Source: Bugula neritina
Taxonomy: Eukaryota > Animalia > Bryozoa
NCBI GenBank assembly: GCA_964035545.1
Contig: OZ037767.1
Span: forward strand, 9,682,581 to 9,746,580
Direction: 5' to 3'
DNA: 64,000 nt
This document shows, in pieces, positions 61,101-64,000 of this stretch; position 1 is the first letter of the stretch, and the number at the start of each line of letters is the position of its first letter. The notes beneath the pieces are model-generated. The model saw only the letters and a list, made by a program, of their open reading frames with translations. It did not search any database and was not told the origin of the DNA. A program made the position numbers and the translations under genes.

Positions 61101-62116
61101 TATTGTCAAATTAGGCAAAATATAGCATATAAATAGATGAACTAAAAACTAGACCACTGATTGCAATTTAATTGAAATAGGCTATATGTGTTTTGTGATT
61201 ATAATTAGTAGCAACTAGCAGGTGACTTGCATTTATGGCTGCATCCATTTAGATTACAACTTACAAGTATAATTCCTGACTGAAGAACCTCCAGAAAGAA
61301 ATCAAGTCAACTACTTTATGTAGTAATTATAATATAGCAATCTAACTTAAGTGTAACTGACTACACACCCTCATCAAAATCAAGTTGAGACTTGACAAAC
61401 ATAAATAATCCAAGCAGAACATTAAGCTTGTTTTTTAGATCAAATGAAGACACGGCACATAAATATTGAAATCGATTTATATATTTAATAACATATTACA
61501 TTATTATATCACACAACGTGTGTACTAAAAAGTACTATATTGTACATATATATGTATATATGCAACCTTGTTTACCAGCTGCAACTGTATCTCACCTGAA
61601 GCAAGAATAAGATCTTTAATACTGTATATGTTACGCTGAATCTGAACCCTGTCTTTAACTTGCTGATCATTTAACTGTTTTAGTTCATTCACTTCTTCAA
61701 TCAAATTAGCCACTTGCTGAATAGAATTTAAATAAATGACATCAACATAATGAAACTTCAACATTATAAAATGATTTCAAAATTGAAAAATGACTTCAAC
61801 ATTATAAAAAAAACTCAAATGGTTAAACAATACCTAGTGGTTTTACAGAGTATAAAAAATGTTGACAAGACGAGCTTATACTTTTATTCAGTAAAAATAA
61901 TGTGATGACAGAAGACTTTTTTCCATAAGCTGTGGCTCTCTACTAACGTAGCACTTAGCACTGGCTAGGGAGTTCACCAACAGTGTAACTAAATTGTAAA
62001 TAAACCTTTTCTGTTGCCTTTCTCTGCGTGTAGGAGACCATCACCATGTTAGCAGCTAACAATAGGGTTCCAGCAGCACAAGCATAAATGAGAAGGCGTC
62101 TTAGTGCCAGCACCAT
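55192..62116 (-). CDS. MGAT1: Alpha-1,3-mannosyl-glycoprotein 2-beta-N-acetylglucosaminyltransferase (GnT-I, GT13 family)
   Basis: 11 exons: 62116-62006, 61716-61596, 61026-60906, 59566-59455, 58582-58441, 58096-57959, 57451-57361, 56785-56681, 56442-56352, 56090-55917, 55305-55192. Type II TM anchor, coiled stem, [81 protein letters not shown]. Confidence 0.95.
57625..57920. repeat. ~23-bp AT-rich minisatellite with an inverted internal block (foldback)
   Basis: Units ATTTACATAGTATCTATATAAT up to ~57700, reverse-complement units ATTATATAGATACTATGTA ~57700-57870, then forward units again. Confidence 0.75.
58599..59119. repeat. 36-bp minisatellite, 14 full copies plus a partial, in MGAT1 intron 4
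   Basis: Unit ACACAGTAGAGGTAAGTATACTATATCTGTATGTCA. Confidence 0.97.
60745..60875. repeat. 19-bp minisatellite (GATAGTAGTGACACCTGCT-like), ~6 copies
   Basis: Directly visible in an MGAT1 intron. Confidence 0.8.
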
Positions 62117-62120
62117 CTCG

Positions 62121-62134
62121 GTTGCTATGACAAC
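62121..62134. promoter_or_regulatory. RFX X-box-like palindrome GTTGCTATGACAAC just upstream of the MGAT1 ATG
   Basis: Matches X-box consensus GTNNYYATRGNAAC on the - strand (GTTGTCATAGCAAC). Confidence 0.4.
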
Positions 62135-63547
62135 AGTGACTTAATTCTTATTTGATATTCATGCTACAAAGAGATGACAGTCACTATTAATCCAACAGAT
62201 ATGAGGTCATTTAGCCTACAAACATAAACTAATAAACAACATCACGGTTAGTAGTTAGCCTACATAAAGCCAATGTTATTTAGGACCAGCATACATGTGG
62301 AATCTAAAGTCATGTGTGCTTTTGGAATTGCCATGCATATCCTATTTCATTCTGATAACATTTATTGCCTGCCTACTTGTCATAAGTTTAAGCACAAAAG
62401 TGCCTACAGTCAACTTGTACAAAGCTATTTGGAGACATTCAATGCTAGGCTTTGGCAAAACATGACCAGGTAATAGGTATATTATTGCCAGTATTAAAAA
62501 CTTCATATTTGGGACTATTGTGGCACAATAATTTCAACATTAGAACGAGCATGAATAGCAGTTGATGAAGCATGTTACTAAAATTGCAGCAGGTATTTGG
62601 TGACGAGGTTCAAGCCAAAGTTAACTATATTACATGTTTTATTAAAAATATGTGAATTAACTGAATAGTGGCTGACTATTTAGAGTCTGAGCCTCCACTA
62701 CCTTTGCTATTGGCAAATTATTGGGCCTCATCGTTGCCTCATTTTGAAAGAAGGCCCATATTTTCTACTTTCTTATTAAACTTATTGATAAAATGAAAAT
62801 TAAAAAAATTACTCACATCGATGAACTAAGACATCGGTGTGTAGCATCAGCACGATTTAAAGTATTACTATCACAAAAAGTTAATTATCACATTTATCAT
62901 CACCATAATTATATGTTTAATGAATGTGGTGGTGTCAAAAATAACTTAGTAACAGCATTATTAATACTGCAGTAAATGTACACAAAAGTCAAGAATATTC
63001 TATATGTCATAACAACAATGAACAATATTAATTAGAAATAAAAAATACACAAACTGAAAGTGAAACTTCAAATGAAAATCACTGACAATTTCAACTTGCT
63101 TTTAAAATTTGGTTTTATTTACAAATATCTTTGCCTGTCACTTTTACTTCAATGATTCAGATTGTCTTAGAATTTCGTGGAACATTTTTTTAACTAATAT
63201 TAGTATTAGCATCAAATAAATCATTGGCTCACACTATGAACATTACATTTACTATTGAGTATTAGTATTAGCATGAATTATAATTGTTTACTAAGCATCA
63301 GTGTAACTTTACTAGTTTGCAACCAATACTATAACGATTACTATTACTATTAGTAAACGTAATAATTATGATAGATCAATCATCATCATTTATCTATCAT
63401 TTGTAATTAAATAATAGTCATTAGATCATAATAAATATCAATGAGATTAAGCAAATAACTACAAGCTAAAAGTAAAAATCACAATACCAATAATTATTAA
63501 ATTTCATTTAGTTTTACTCATTACTATTACTATTAGTATTAGTAATG

Positions 63548-63774
63548 ATAAATCTCTTGTTTGACCACACTTAGAATATGCTGTTCCTGCATGGTCTCCT
63601 AGTTTGTTGAAGAACATCAAGTTTATTGATGGAGTTCAGAGAAGATTTACAAAATTAGTGTCATCAAATAAGGAGGAAGCCTATAATCTACGTAGGAGAA
63701 GACTTAAACTGGATACCTTAGAATTTAGAAGGATTAGATGTGACCTTATACAAACTTTTAAAATAATAAAAGGA

Positions 63775-63805
<31 letters not shown>

Positions 63806-64000
63806 CACTCTGCAAAATTTTTCACATTGTCAAATGTTGCACATACTAGATGTCACTCACTAAAGAAAGATCTGTAAACAGCATACAAGAACTAACATTA
63901 GAAAACATTTTTTCTCCCAAAGGGTAATTGATGTTTGGAACGCACTTCCCCAGGCAGCAATTGATGCTAACTCTGTACTTGCTTTTAAAACTCTATTAGT
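63548..64000 (+). mobile_element. 5'-truncated, decayed CR1/L2-type LINE (ORF2 C-terminal region)
   Basis: KSLV*PHLEYAVPAWSP..GVQRRFTKL..LEFRRIRCDLIQTFKIIKG..TRCHSLK..RKHFFSQRVIDVWNALP; contains a stop, frameshifts and an inserted (TA)n. Confidence 0.85.

Overview
AT-rich, intron-rich animal (invertebrate-type) genomic DNA with no prokaryotic features, so the ORF track mostly shows exon fragments. Hand-splicing on GT-AG boundaries with phase checks gives seven genes. (1) The 3' part of a Toll-like receptor (1-2990, +). (2) A complete tandem paralogous TLR with a degenerate TIR BB-loop (6213-9782, +). (3) A melatonin-receptor/Moody/Tre1-like rhodopsin GPCR (13935-17789, +). (4) An unusual 15-exon, ~749-aa gene (35160-20703, -) encoding a predicted signal peptide, an 8-Cys MRH-type lectin domain, an IPT/TIG domain, an intact NSF-type D1 AAA+ ATPase and a degenerate D2, with no transmembrane segment visible. 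This is a candidate secretory-pathway (lumenal) NSF paralogue and the most interesting item. (5) DZANK1 (36856-44851, +), head-to-head with gene 4. (6) MEMO1 (51277-45906, -). (7) MGAT1/GnT-I (62116-55192, -). Repeats include three copies of a long-TIR MITE, a second MITE nested in a SINE, about nine copies or fragments of a tRNA-derived SINE, a 5'-truncated CR1/L2-type LINE, a (GT)n tract and many intronic minisatellites. Two minisatellites multiply splice-signal sequences: one duplicates a 5' splice donor eight times, and one carries 14 U1-snRNA-5'-end mimics. Coordinates were counted by hand and may be off by a few nt; homology calls come from remembered motifs, not database searches.
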